Origin: a virus
Virus record (IMG/VR): IMGVR_UViG_3300045988_173665
Span: 1-51,439 of that record
Direction: 5' to 3' (one strand)
Length of the DNA: 51,439 nucleotides
Part shown: positions 38,320 through 45,556 of the stretch, piece after piece
Numbering within the stretch: position 1 is the first letter of the stretch
Layout of the letters: the number at the start of each line of letters is the position of its first letter
Notes under the pieces: generated by a model
Database searches by the model: none
What the model saw: only the letters and a program-made list of their open reading frames with translations
Told to the model about the DNA's origin: nothing
Program-made: the position numbers and the translations under genes

Positions 38320-39174
38320 ATGAAGAAGAATTGGAATCTGTGGGTTGGTTTGCTAGTAGCAATTGGAGTTGCTTGGTACAATGGCTATGACAAGTCAAAG
38401 ATGGACAACTTTAGTAGTTTTCTGATACTATTGGTTACAATCGTTGGTTTTTTGTCCTTTTTAAAAACACTAACCACAACAAAGAGCAAGGAATTAATGG
38501 AGAGTAATACAACAAGCCAAAAGACACGAGTTAGTTACATTGAGGTTGCAAGCAATCCATATAAGCAAGGGCAAAATCTTGCGAAAGACATTGCTACTAC
38601 TATCGAAATTTTGAGGGAGAAGAAAGCAATGAATAAAGTTAAAAAATTTTTTAAGTGGCTATATTTTAACAAATGTACAATCACAAATATCGTAGTAAGT
38701 ATTGCATGTGTAGCGTTTGTTAATTTTATGTCTCTATGGGGCTATTTAGATCGTTATCAAATCTTCCAAACTAACCCTGTTTTATTTAAGGTAATAATTG
38801 GTGTTGGTGGAGTATTATGGACAGCTTTGTCAGTATTCTGTTCTATCAACAAATTAGGTGCGGAAAATTTAAGCGAGATTGATGCACGCTTACAAGCAAA
38901 AGCGAATGAAAAGTTAAGCCGTTTAACACCAGAACAAAGAAAATTAGTTAAAGAAAACATTAAGAGTTTACAAGAGCAATTAAACAAACTAAAGGTGGAG
39001 TCTGATGGGGCTATGAAAATAGTCCAAAGTTTCACAGTATTAAAGAGTATCGAAGGTTTTGATGTAAGCAATCAAGTAGAAAGTTATGAAAAAGCGTGTG
39101 CTATTGTTAGCAATAATAGTTCATTAATTACAAAACTAGAAAACGAAATTGCAATATTAAAAGGCAAACTTTAG
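38320..39174 (+). CDS. multi-pass membrane protein with a C-terminal coiled coil
   Basis: Several hydrophobic helices, then LQEQLNKLKVE...; RBS AAGGCGGA; the track ORF begins at the TTG at 38314. Confidence 0.5.
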   Translation: MKKNWNLWVGLLVAIGVAWYNGYDKSKMDNFSSFLILLVTIVGFLSFLKTLTTTKSKELMESNTTSQKTRVSYIEVASNPYKQGQNLAKDIATTIEILREKKAMNKVKKFFKWLYFNKCTITNIVVSIACVAFVNFMSLWGYLDRYQIFQTNPVLFKVIIGVGGVLWTALSVFCSINKLGAENLSEIDARLQAKANEKLSRLTPEQRKLVKENIKSLQEQLNKLKVESDGAMKIVQSFTVLKSIEGFDVSNQVESYEKACAIVSNNSSLITKLENEIAILKGKL

Positions 39175-39217
39175 AAAATGACACGGAAGTGGTTAGGAAA
39201 CTAATCACTTTTTTGTT

Positions 39218-39994
39218 ATGAAAGAGGGAATTGAAATAGAGAAATTTATAAATGAGATTGTAGATGTACCAAAGTTAATAAGAAGATTGTGGTTAGTACT
39301 TTGGTTTGTAGAGTTTATTTGTATTGGTAGTAAGTTGTTTTTCCACACGTGGTTTCCGATAGTTATTGAAAATCAAGGTTTTGAAAACGTGTGTGATTTT
39401 ATAGATAACCACCAAGTATTAAGAGTTAGCATAATGGCGATATTTTACGTAGCAAGTTTTAATATAGCATTTCTATCTGCAACAAAAAGTAAGTTTTATA
39501 ATGATTGCACTTTGCCTATAATAGCAAATTTATTAATAGTATTTAGTTTTATAATTGGTAATATAAATAGTATGTATGGTAAAATTGCAGAACTTTTTAC
39601 TGTAATTGTTTTACCAATTATTTGCAATATTAAAAGGCAAACTTTTAAAGAATTATGGAAGAATATTTGTTTGCCAATTTTTTTATATTTACTAATTAGT
39701 TTATGGCAATTAAATATGCTATTTGTGCGTGGCATTGATGATATTAGCAATTTACATTTTGCCGTAGGAATGATTTTACAAATAGACTACTACATTTTCA
39801 TAATTATTACATGGTTAGGAGTAAATTGGAGTATGGGACTTTGGGGTGTTGGCTTATTTTGGTCTAACAAAATTACACAGTTAGAAGCAAAAAAGAAAAA
39901 ACTAGAAAATAAAATCAAGTACATTGACAACAAGATTGAACAATTAAAGGCAAAATCCGTAGGAAAAATCGAAAAAGAGCAAAATAAGAAGTAA
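39218..39994 (+). CDS. multi-pass membrane protein with a C-terminal coiled coil (similar architecture to the previous gene)
   Basis: Five or more hydrophobic segments, then KITQLEAKKKKLENKIKYIDNKIEQLKAK. Confidence 0.5.
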   Translation: MKEGIEIEKFINEIVDVPKLIRRLWLVLWFVEFICIGSKLFFHTWFPIVIENQGFENVCDFIDNHQVLRVSIMAIFYVASFNIAFLSATKSKFYNDCTLPIIANLLIVFSFIIGNINSMYGKIAELFTVIVLPIICNIKRQTFKELWKNICLPIFLYLLISLWQLNMLFVRGIDDISNLHFAVGMILQIDYYIFIIITWLGVNWSMGLWGVGLFWSNKITQLEAKKKKLENKIKYIDNKIEQLKAKSVGKIEKEQNKK

Positions 39995-40002
39995 ACCACT
40001 AA

Positions 40003-40200
40003 TTGATTGTTTTTATATTTTATGCATTGCTTTTATTAATTGCATTTTTCTTTAATCGGTTTTTGCAAATGCTAATGTTTATGCTATTTTTTGGTTTTAT
40101 ACAAAGTTGCTTTTTGAAAAGGTTTCACGCTGATCATTTATTTGATAACGAACCTATAAAAGCGGTAAATACTTGTAAATTAATTACTTTTTCAGTATAA
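40003..40200 (+). CDS. doubtful small hydrophobic ORF
   Basis: T-rich sequence; it is in frame with the downstream sigma-r4-like frame but separated from it by a TAA. Confidence 0.2.
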   Translation: MIVFIFYALLLLIAFFFNRFLQMLMFMLFFGFIQSCFLKRFHADHLFDNEPIKAVNTCKLITFSV

Positions 40201-40524
40201 ATAATATATTTAATATTTTGTAAAAACTTAATACTATCAGTATATCAAAATATATTTATTATATTTGGTGTAGCATTATTTAATGCACTATTAGGCTTTT
40301 ACGCAGAAAGAACAATTTGTTTTAAATCAAAACTTGAAGATATTGAAACTTTAATACCACTATGTAAAGAAGCTAAATTAACACCTTTGGCAACAAATCG
40401 AATGGTTATGAGATACGTTGAAAAGAAAACATTGAAAGAAATAGCAAGTATAGAGTGTGTAGAAGAAGAAAGTATCAGAAAAGAGTTTAAACGTTATCGC
40501 AAGAAATTAAAATTGAATAAATGA
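40201..40524 (+). other. open frame encoding a sigma-70 region-4-like HTH (ArpU/RinA-like late-regulator type) with no canonical start codon or RBS. The functional gene may be short, or this may be a remnant
   Basis: Frame translates to ...KLTPLATNRMVMRYVEKKTLKEIASIECVEEESIRKEFKRYRKKLK. A strong terminator follows. Confidence 0.3.
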
Positions 40525-40533
40525 AAAAAATAG

Positions 40534-40559
40534 GATGTCATTTTATGGCATCTTTTTTT
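40534..40559 (+). terminator. rho-independent terminator GATGTCATtttATGGCATC plus T7
   Basis: 8-bp stem including one U-G pair, followed by TTTTTTT. Confidence 0.6.
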
Positions 40560-40745
40560 ATTGCCCCTGTTTTGCCCCCTTTTATTTAGCAAGATAATTG
40601 CTAAAATTGGGTTGTGGCAAGTTGATAAACATTTCCTCAAAAAATCCGTTTTGTGTTTATTTTTACTGTTTATATAATTTATTTTGTTTGCCTATGATTC
40701 TATTCGTTTACACTTGCCACGATATTTTGAAAAGAGGTAAAAAAT

Positions 40746-41159
40746 ATGATGAACTACAACAATATGTATGGTGGCTATCAACAACAGCCAATGTATCAAC
40801 AACCTAGTTATAACAATTATCAACAACAACAACCAGTCTCACAAGGAACAAAGTATGCGTTGTACTCTGAAGTAACAAGTATGGAAGATGCAAAAGCCTA
40901 CATTTTAGCACCTAATCAAAGTGCTTATTTAGAAGATAAAAACGCAAATATGCTTTATTACAAACGAATAAACAATCAAGGTCGTTATGAAATGGATGTA
41001 TACAAAAAAGTGGTTCAAGAAGAACCAAAAAATGAATACGTAAAAACAAGCGATTTTGAAATTTTAAAGCAAAGTGTTGATAATTTATCAAACATTATAA
41101 AAAAACTTGATAATCGCCAATTTTCAGGCTCAAAACAACAAAATAGAGGTAATCAATAA
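40746..41159 (+). CDS. Gln/Asn/Tyr-rich low-complexity protein
   Basis: N-terminus MMNYNNMYGGYQQQPMYQQPSYNNYQQQQP; RBS AAGAGG. Confidence 0.5.
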   Translation: MMNYNNMYGGYQQQPMYQQPSYNNYQQQQPVSQGTKYALYSEVTSMEDAKAYILAPNQSAYLEDKNANMLYYKRINNQGRYEMDVYKKVVQEEPKNEYVKTSDFEILKQSVDNLSNIIKKLDNRQFSGSKQQNRGNQ

Positions 41160-41392
41160 TGAATAATAACAACCCTATGCAACAAATGTTACAAATGTTA
41201 TCTATGAGTAATAACCCAAATCAAGTAGTTCAAATGCTTGCACAACAAAATCCTAACGTTCAAGCAATACTAAATCAAATGCAACAAAGTGGAATGACAC
41301 CACAACAATTTGCAATGCAATACGCAAGGCAAAACAACATTGATATAAACCAAGTTGCAAATGCTTTTAGAAAAATGGGTGGAAAATTTTAA
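41159..41392 (+). CDS. Gln/Asn/Met-rich small protein
   Basis: NNNNPMQQMLQMLSMSNNPNQ...; start overlaps the upstream stop (ATGA). Confidence 0.45.
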   Translation: MNNNNPMQQMLQMLSMSNNPNQVVQMLAQQNPNVQAILNQMQQSGMTPQQFAMQYARQNNIDINQVANAFRKMGGKF

Positions 41393-41426
41393 TTTTGGTA
41401 TAACTACTTTTTTGCTAATACCAAAA
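41393..41426. repeat. inverted repeat TTTTGGTAT-N16-ATACCAAAA
   Basis: 9-bp perfect arms directly after the stop at 41392, with no T-run after. Confidence 0.5.
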
Positions 41427-41523
41427 TCTTCAGTAATGATTGTCGACTAAATTATTGTTTATATTGGTGTTAAATTAAGAGTATTTATATATATGAACAT
41501 TTTACGAAAGGAGAAATATTTTA

Positions 41524-41976
41524 ATGTATGTAGAAGGTGATGTTCCATACGTTGGAACAACAAACGGAAATGCTAATTCTGGTTTCTTTGGTGGTGATGG
41601 CTGGTGGGCTATTATTTTATTTGCAATGATTTTTGGTTGGGGCAACAATGGTTGGGGCAACAACGGAAGTGGTGCAATGAATAACTATGTTTTAGGAAGT
41701 GATTTTGCTACAATTCAAAGACAATTAAGTGATGGTTTTGGTGATTTAACTTCTCAATCAAGATTTATTCAAAACGGCTTATGTGATGGTTTTTACTCTA
41801 TGAATACAAGCCTATTAAATGGCTTTAGTGGTGTTAACCAAAGCATTATGCAAAATGGTTATGAAACTAGAAACGCTATTCAAGGTGTATCAAGTCAATT
41901 AGCAGACTGCTTAAAGAAATTCTTTCTAGCCTTAAAGAATGTTTTTACACAAAAAACAGTAGGTAGTCTAGCGTAG
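41524..41976 (+). CDS. 5' exon of a Gly/Cys-rich repeat protein, with N-terminal transmembrane helix WWAIILFAMIFGW and GWGNNGWGNNG. The ORF as drawn reads through into the intron, and the true 5' splice site is unresolved (~41790-41950)
   Basis: The ORF lacks its C-terminus. A homologous continuation without a start codon lies at 43187..43558, beyond a homing-endonuclease ORF and a group I intron core. Confidence 0.5.
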   Translation: MYVEGDVPYVGTTNGNANSGFFGGDGWWAIILFAMIFGWGNNGWGNNGSGAMNNYVLGSDFATIQRQLSDGFGDLTSQSRFIQNGLCDGFYSMNTSLLNGFSGVNQSIMQNGYETRNAIQGVSSQLADCLKKFFLALKNVFTQKTVGSLA

Positions 41977-43194
41977 TAATACGCTACTTATAAAAATGGG
42001 TGAACTGCTGGGAAACTAAGTTCGTGTAATCAACTGGCATTTAATTAAAAATTAATGTATAATACTAGTGCAAATTAAAGGAGTTGATTATAAATGAAAT
42101 TTTATGTTTATGAATGGTTTATACCAAAAACAAATGAAATATTTTATGTTGGTAAAGGTTGTAGAAATCGCTACAAAGTTAGAAAACATAATAAAGCTTT
42201 TGAAAAGTTTTTAAAAGAAAACGAATGTGAAAGCAGAATAATAAAAACTTTTGATAGTGAAAAAGCAGCTTTTAATTACGAATATGAACGCATAAATGAA
42301 TTATGGACTATTGGGCAATGCAAAGCAAATGTTTACAAAGGTGGTGCTGGTGGGACAATAGCCTGGTGGACAAAAGAAATGCGTGAAAAGTATTCAAAAA
42401 CAAACGTTATGAAAAGTCAAAAGCAACGTAACAGGATGAAAATAAACAACCCAATGAAAAACGTTGAAGTACAAAATAAAGTAAAAGCATATAAACAAAT
42501 AAAAGTCGTTATAAACGGTGTAGTATTTAATTCAAAAAAAGAAGTTTGTTTAAAATATGGCGTTGCTTATGAAACAATTGATAATTGGTTAAAAAAAGGT
42601 GTTAATTCTTATGGTGAAAAATGTCATTTATATGGCAAAGAAACAAAAGAATATATTGGTAGATACAACAAAAGTTCAATAAAACCAATTACCTATAAAG
42701 GAAAAACCTATGAAGCACAAAAAGATTTGGCTGAATACTTAGGTGTTAACCAAGTAACAATTTGTTCATGGGTTAAAAGAGGATTTGACCCTAACGGTAA
42801 TCCATGTAGAAGAATTGGTGATGAAAAAGAATATACTTTTGTAAAAAAGAAAGATAACGAACAACATAAAAAAACAATAAAAGTAAATGGTATAATTTAT
42901 TCTTCCAAAAGCGAAGCTGAAAAAAGTTTAGGTTTGTCTAAAGGCTTTTTAGCACCTTATTTAAAAGGTGCAAGAAGAAACAATAATTTTGTATGTGAAT
43001 ATGTCAATCAGCAACCAAGCCACAAGAATAGCGAAAATTGTATTGTGGAAGGCTCAACGACTAATGAGTGAGGAACGCTAACCAATAATCTCAACACGAG
43101 TGCCCATCCCCTTAAAAAAGGGTGAAGATATAGTCTGAACTTATAGGAAACTATAAGAAATATAAGATAAAGAACTTATATGGTAACAAAATGG
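41890..43194 (+). mobile_element. group I intron (IA-like) carrying a homing-endonuclease ORF; boundaries approximate
   Basis: 3' region GAAGATATAGTCTGAAC (43124-43140) matches the conserved group I S / P7-3' element; compare T4 td GGAGAUAUAGUCUG. It is followed by a P9-like hairpin CTTATAG-GAAA-CTATAAG (GNRA loop). A td-R-like AATTAGCAGACTGC (41897-41910) supplies a complementary P7 strand AGACU. A free-standing homing-endonuclease ORF lies between them. Confidence 0.55.
42094..43071 (+). CDS. GIY-YIG homing endonuclease with three C-terminal NUMOD3-like DNA-binding repeats
   Basis: N-terminus FYVYEWFIPKTNEIFYVGKGCRNRYKVRKHN...YEYER (GIY-x10-YIG...R...H..N...E). Repeats: INGVVFNSKKEVCLKYGV...WLKKG; ITYKGKTYEAQKDLAEYLGV...WVKRG; IKVNGIIYSSKSEAEKSLGL...YLKG. 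Own [10 protein letters not shown]. Confidence 0.8.
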   Translation: MKFYVYEWFIPKTNEIFYVGKGCRNRYKVRKHNKAFEKFLKENECESRIIKTFDSEKAAFNYEYERINELWTIGQCKANVYKGGAGGTIAWWTKEMREKYSKTNVMKSQKQRNRMKINNPMKNVEVQNKVKAYKQIKVVINGVVFNSKKEVCLKYGVAYETIDNWLKKGVNSYGEKCHLYGKETKEYIGRYNKSSIKPITYKGKTYEAQKDLAEYLGVNQVTICSWVKRGFDPNGNPCRRIGDEKEYTFVKKKDNEQHKKTIKVNGIIYSSKSEAEKSLGLSKGFLAPYLKGARRNNNFVCEYVNQQPSHKNSENCIVEGSTTNE

Positions 43195-43558
43195 CTGCAA
43201 AACGCAAACAGCTATTCAAGGTGTTAACTACAACTTAGCAACACAAGGATGTGCTATTCAAAACACAATTCAAACAGCTACACGTGATTTAATCGATGTT
43301 ACAAACGCTAATTACAGAGCATTACACGATGAAATTGTAGCTAACAGAATCGAAGATAAAAACGCACAAATTACAGCACAACAAAACGAAATTAACGCTT
43401 TACGTTTAGCTGCTTCACAAGCAAATCAAAACACTTATTTGATAGACCAATTAAGACCAACCGCTAAACCAGCTTATATTACATGTTCGCCATTCCAAAG
43501 CGTTTATGGTTATGGATGTGGGTGTGGATGTAACACAGGCTGTGGAAGCATTCAATAA
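43187..43558 (+). CDS. 3' exon of the Gly/Cys-rich repeat protein (no start codon); ends ...YGYGCGCGCNTGCGSIQ
   Basis: Opens directly after a TAA at 43184. No in-frame ATG/GTG for more than 60 codons. Its N-terminus QNGCKTQTAIQGV parallels exon-1 QNGYETRNAIQGV. Confidence 0.5.
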   Translation, partial: QNGCKTQTAIQGVNYNLATQGCAIQNTIQTATRDLIDVTNANYRALHDEIVANRIEDKNAQITAQQNEINALRLAASQANQNTYLIDQLRPTAKPAYITCSPFQSVYGYGCGCGCNTGCGSIQ

Positions 43559-43672
43559 CTAATTAATTATTAGTATTTTAGGGAGATTAAAATATCCTAC
43601 TTTCAAAGGCATAGAGAATAATCTTCCTATGCCTTTTATTATCAAATTAAAATTATTAAAAAGGAGTTTAAA

Positions 43673-44122
43673 ATGGCTTTAATTTTAGGTTTAAAAAACA
43701 CAACTTCACAAACTGTTTTAACAAATGGTTTGATTAATTTAGGAACTACTTATAGAAAATATTGTAAAAGAACCCCACAATGTTTGCCTACTTTTGTAAG
43801 TTCAGGCACAAGTGTAACGCTAAATGGAACTGGTATATATCATATTACAGCAACATTAACAGGAAGTGGCACAGCGGCAGGTATACTAACTGCACAATTA
43901 TATGAGAATGGCGTAGCAATTCCAGGTGCTATTTCATCAAGTACTATTACAACAGCCGATACAGAAATAAGAGGCTTAACGATTGATTATTATATCAAAG
44001 TAGATAGTGAATGCATTTTGGGAACATGGGCTGTAAGTCCAAAAACTTTAACACTAGTAAATACAGGTGTTGAAGCAACATATACAAGTGTTGTTTTCAA
44101 TGTAGAAAAGGTGGTTGGCTAA
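43673..44122 (+). CDS. BclA C-terminal-domain-like (exosporium / TNF-C1q-like jelly-roll) protein without collagen repeats
   Basis: GIYHITATLTGSGTAAGILTAQLYENGVAIPGAISSS and the C-terminal TSVVFNVEKVVG parallel the B. anthracis BclA C-terminal domain (GFYKITVIANTATAS..GLTIQVNGVPVPGTGSS ... ASIIIEKVA); [10 protein letters not shown]. Confidence 0.5.
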   Translation: MALILGLKNTTSQTVLTNGLINLGTTYRKYCKRTPQCLPTFVSSGTSVTLNGTGIYHITATLTGSGTAAGILTAQLYENGVAIPGAISSSTITTADTEIRGLTIDYYIKVDSECILGTWAVSPKTLTLVNTGVEATYTSVVFNVEKVVG

Positions 44123-44693
44123 TATGAGAACAAGAATGCGAGATATGTTAGAAAGAAGAACACGTAGAGATGGAAGAAACCCATATGGAAGTAGAGGTGG
44201 CTATGTTGTCAGTTCAAAATCACGTAGAGATAGATCAATGGGTTACGATTATGCTTATCCAGAACGAGATTATAGATATGATAGCAGATATGATGCCGAA
44301 CGATACTATACGCCATATGATATGGGTGGTGAATACACTAGACAACGTGGTCGATATATGGATGATTATGCAACCGAAGACTTAATGGGTGAATATCGTA
44401 AAGACTTACGTAAATGGGCTGATAAGTTAAAACGAAAAGATAGATTCAACATTCCAAAAGAAGAAATAATCGAGCAAGCAAAGAAAATGGGTGTATCTTT
44501 TAACAAATATGATGAAGAAGAATTTTACACAATTTATCTAATGCATATTAGTGATTATCCTGAAATTGCAAATGATTATTACACTTATGTTGCAATGGCT
44601 AAAAAGTGGTTGGAAGATGATGACATCGAAGTTAGCCCTAGTGAAAAAGTATGCATTTACATGTATGACATTGTAATGGGTGAAGAAGATTAA
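44115..44693 (+). CDS. Arg/Tyr/Asp-rich low-complexity protein
   Basis: ...RRTRRDGRNPYGSRGGY...RDYRYDSRYDAERYYTPYD...; overlaps the upstream stop. Confidence 0.45.
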   Translation: MANMRTRMRDMLERRTRRDGRNPYGSRGGYVVSSKSRRDRSMGYDYAYPERDYRYDSRYDAERYYTPYDMGGEYTRQRGRYMDDYATEDLMGEYRKDLRKWADKLKRKDRFNIPKEEIIEQAKKMGVSFNKYDEEEFYTIYLMHISDYPEIANDYYTYVAMAKKWLEDDDIEVSPSEKVCIYMYDIVMGEED

Positions 44694-44706
44694 AGAGGTG
44701 GTTTAA

Positions 44707-45075
44707 ATGGCTTACAAATACTTTAATAGGAATCCAAATGGGTATAAAATACCAGATTGTGTTATAAGAGCTATTTCAACGGCACTGAATATAAATTATT
44801 ATGATGTAGTTAAATTATTACATCAAAATGCAATACATTATAGATGTGATGATTTATGTGTGTGTTGTTATGAAAAATTGCTAGACATTGACTTGGAAAT
44901 ACCACACTACTATGGTAATAATCGAACAGTTGAAGAAATAGCCGATAAGTTTTGTAACGAAATTCTTTTATTAAGGATTGAGGGTCATTTAACTACAAGT
45001 GTAAAAGGAACGATTTACGATATTTGGGATTGTTCTAACGAGATTGTTACCGATTTTTGGGTAATAAAGTATTAA
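44707..45075 (+). CDS. Cys-rich hypothetical protein
   Basis: ORF with RBS AGAGGTGG. Confidence 0.4.
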   Translation: MAYKYFNRNPNGYKIPDCVIRAISTALNINYYDVVKLLHQNAIHYRCDDLCVCCYEKLLDIDLEIPHYYGNNRTVEEIADKFCNEILLLRIEGHLTTSVKGTIYDIWDCSNEIVTDFWVIKY

Positions 45076-45085
45076 AATTTGAGGT

Positions 45086-45112
45086 GGTATTTTCAAAAAT
45101 ACTGCCTTTTTT
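45086..45112 (+). terminator. weak AT-rich hairpin plus T-run
   Basis: GTATTTTcaAAAATAC followed by TGCCTTTTTT. Confidence 0.3.
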
Positions 45113-45113
45113 A

Positions 45114-45153
45114 TTGTCTTTTTCTTGTCTTTTTTATGTCTTTGTGGTATAAT
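45114..45153 (+). promoter_or_regulatory. promoter TTGTCT, 17 nt, TGgTATAAT, overlapped by three direct TGTCTTT repeats at 11-bp spacing
   Basis: TTGTCTTtttcTTGTCTTttttaTGTCTTTgTGGTATAAT seen directly. Confidence 0.5.
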
Positions 45154-45190
45154 ATTAGCGTGTGATTAGCACAGAAAGGAGAAAAAGCAA

Positions 45191-45556
45191 ATGCAAAACC
45201 AATCAAGATTTAGTGAAGAATTTATGGCTTTGGAACGCAACAAAACTTTGCAAGGTATGGTTAACAATGAACTAATGAAATTAGGGCTAGACTGTCGATT
45301 AAAAGGCTTTAAATATGTTAGCGATATTATAACTTTAGCGTTAATTAAGCGTAAATATTCACGAACAACGATTGCCGAATTAACGCCATTTATTGCTTAT
45401 AAGTATGGTATTAAAGATTTTAGTGTGCAAAGGCAAATGCGATATGTTTGTACAATTAGAAATGCACGCAAAGAAACCGCCATTGATATTGTTTACAATG
45501 TATGGCACAAAATCAACACAAAAATTCAAGAAGAAAGGGAGAGTTATGTAAAATGA
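45191..45556 (+). CDS. Spo0A C-terminal (DNA-binding effector) domain-only protein, 121 aa, with no receiver domain
   Basis: LKGFKYVSDIITLALIK...IAELTPFIAYKYGIKDFSVQRQMRYVCTIRNA aligns with B. subtilis Spo0A HIKGYLYLREAISMVYND...[42 protein letters not shown]. Confidence 0.65.
   Translation: MQNQSRFSEEFMALERNKTLQGMVNNELMKLGLDCRLKGFKYVSDIITLALIKRKYSRTTIAELTPFIAYKYGIKDFSVQRQMRYVCTIRNARKETAIDIVYNVWHKINTKIQEERESYVK

Noticed and set aside
41958-41972. Second UAGUCU-containing segment (GTAGGTAGTCTAGCG) as an alternative group I S element
   Set aside because: It lacks the conserved AAGAUAU prefix present at 43124-43140. It is kept only as a possible P8-region pairing partner.
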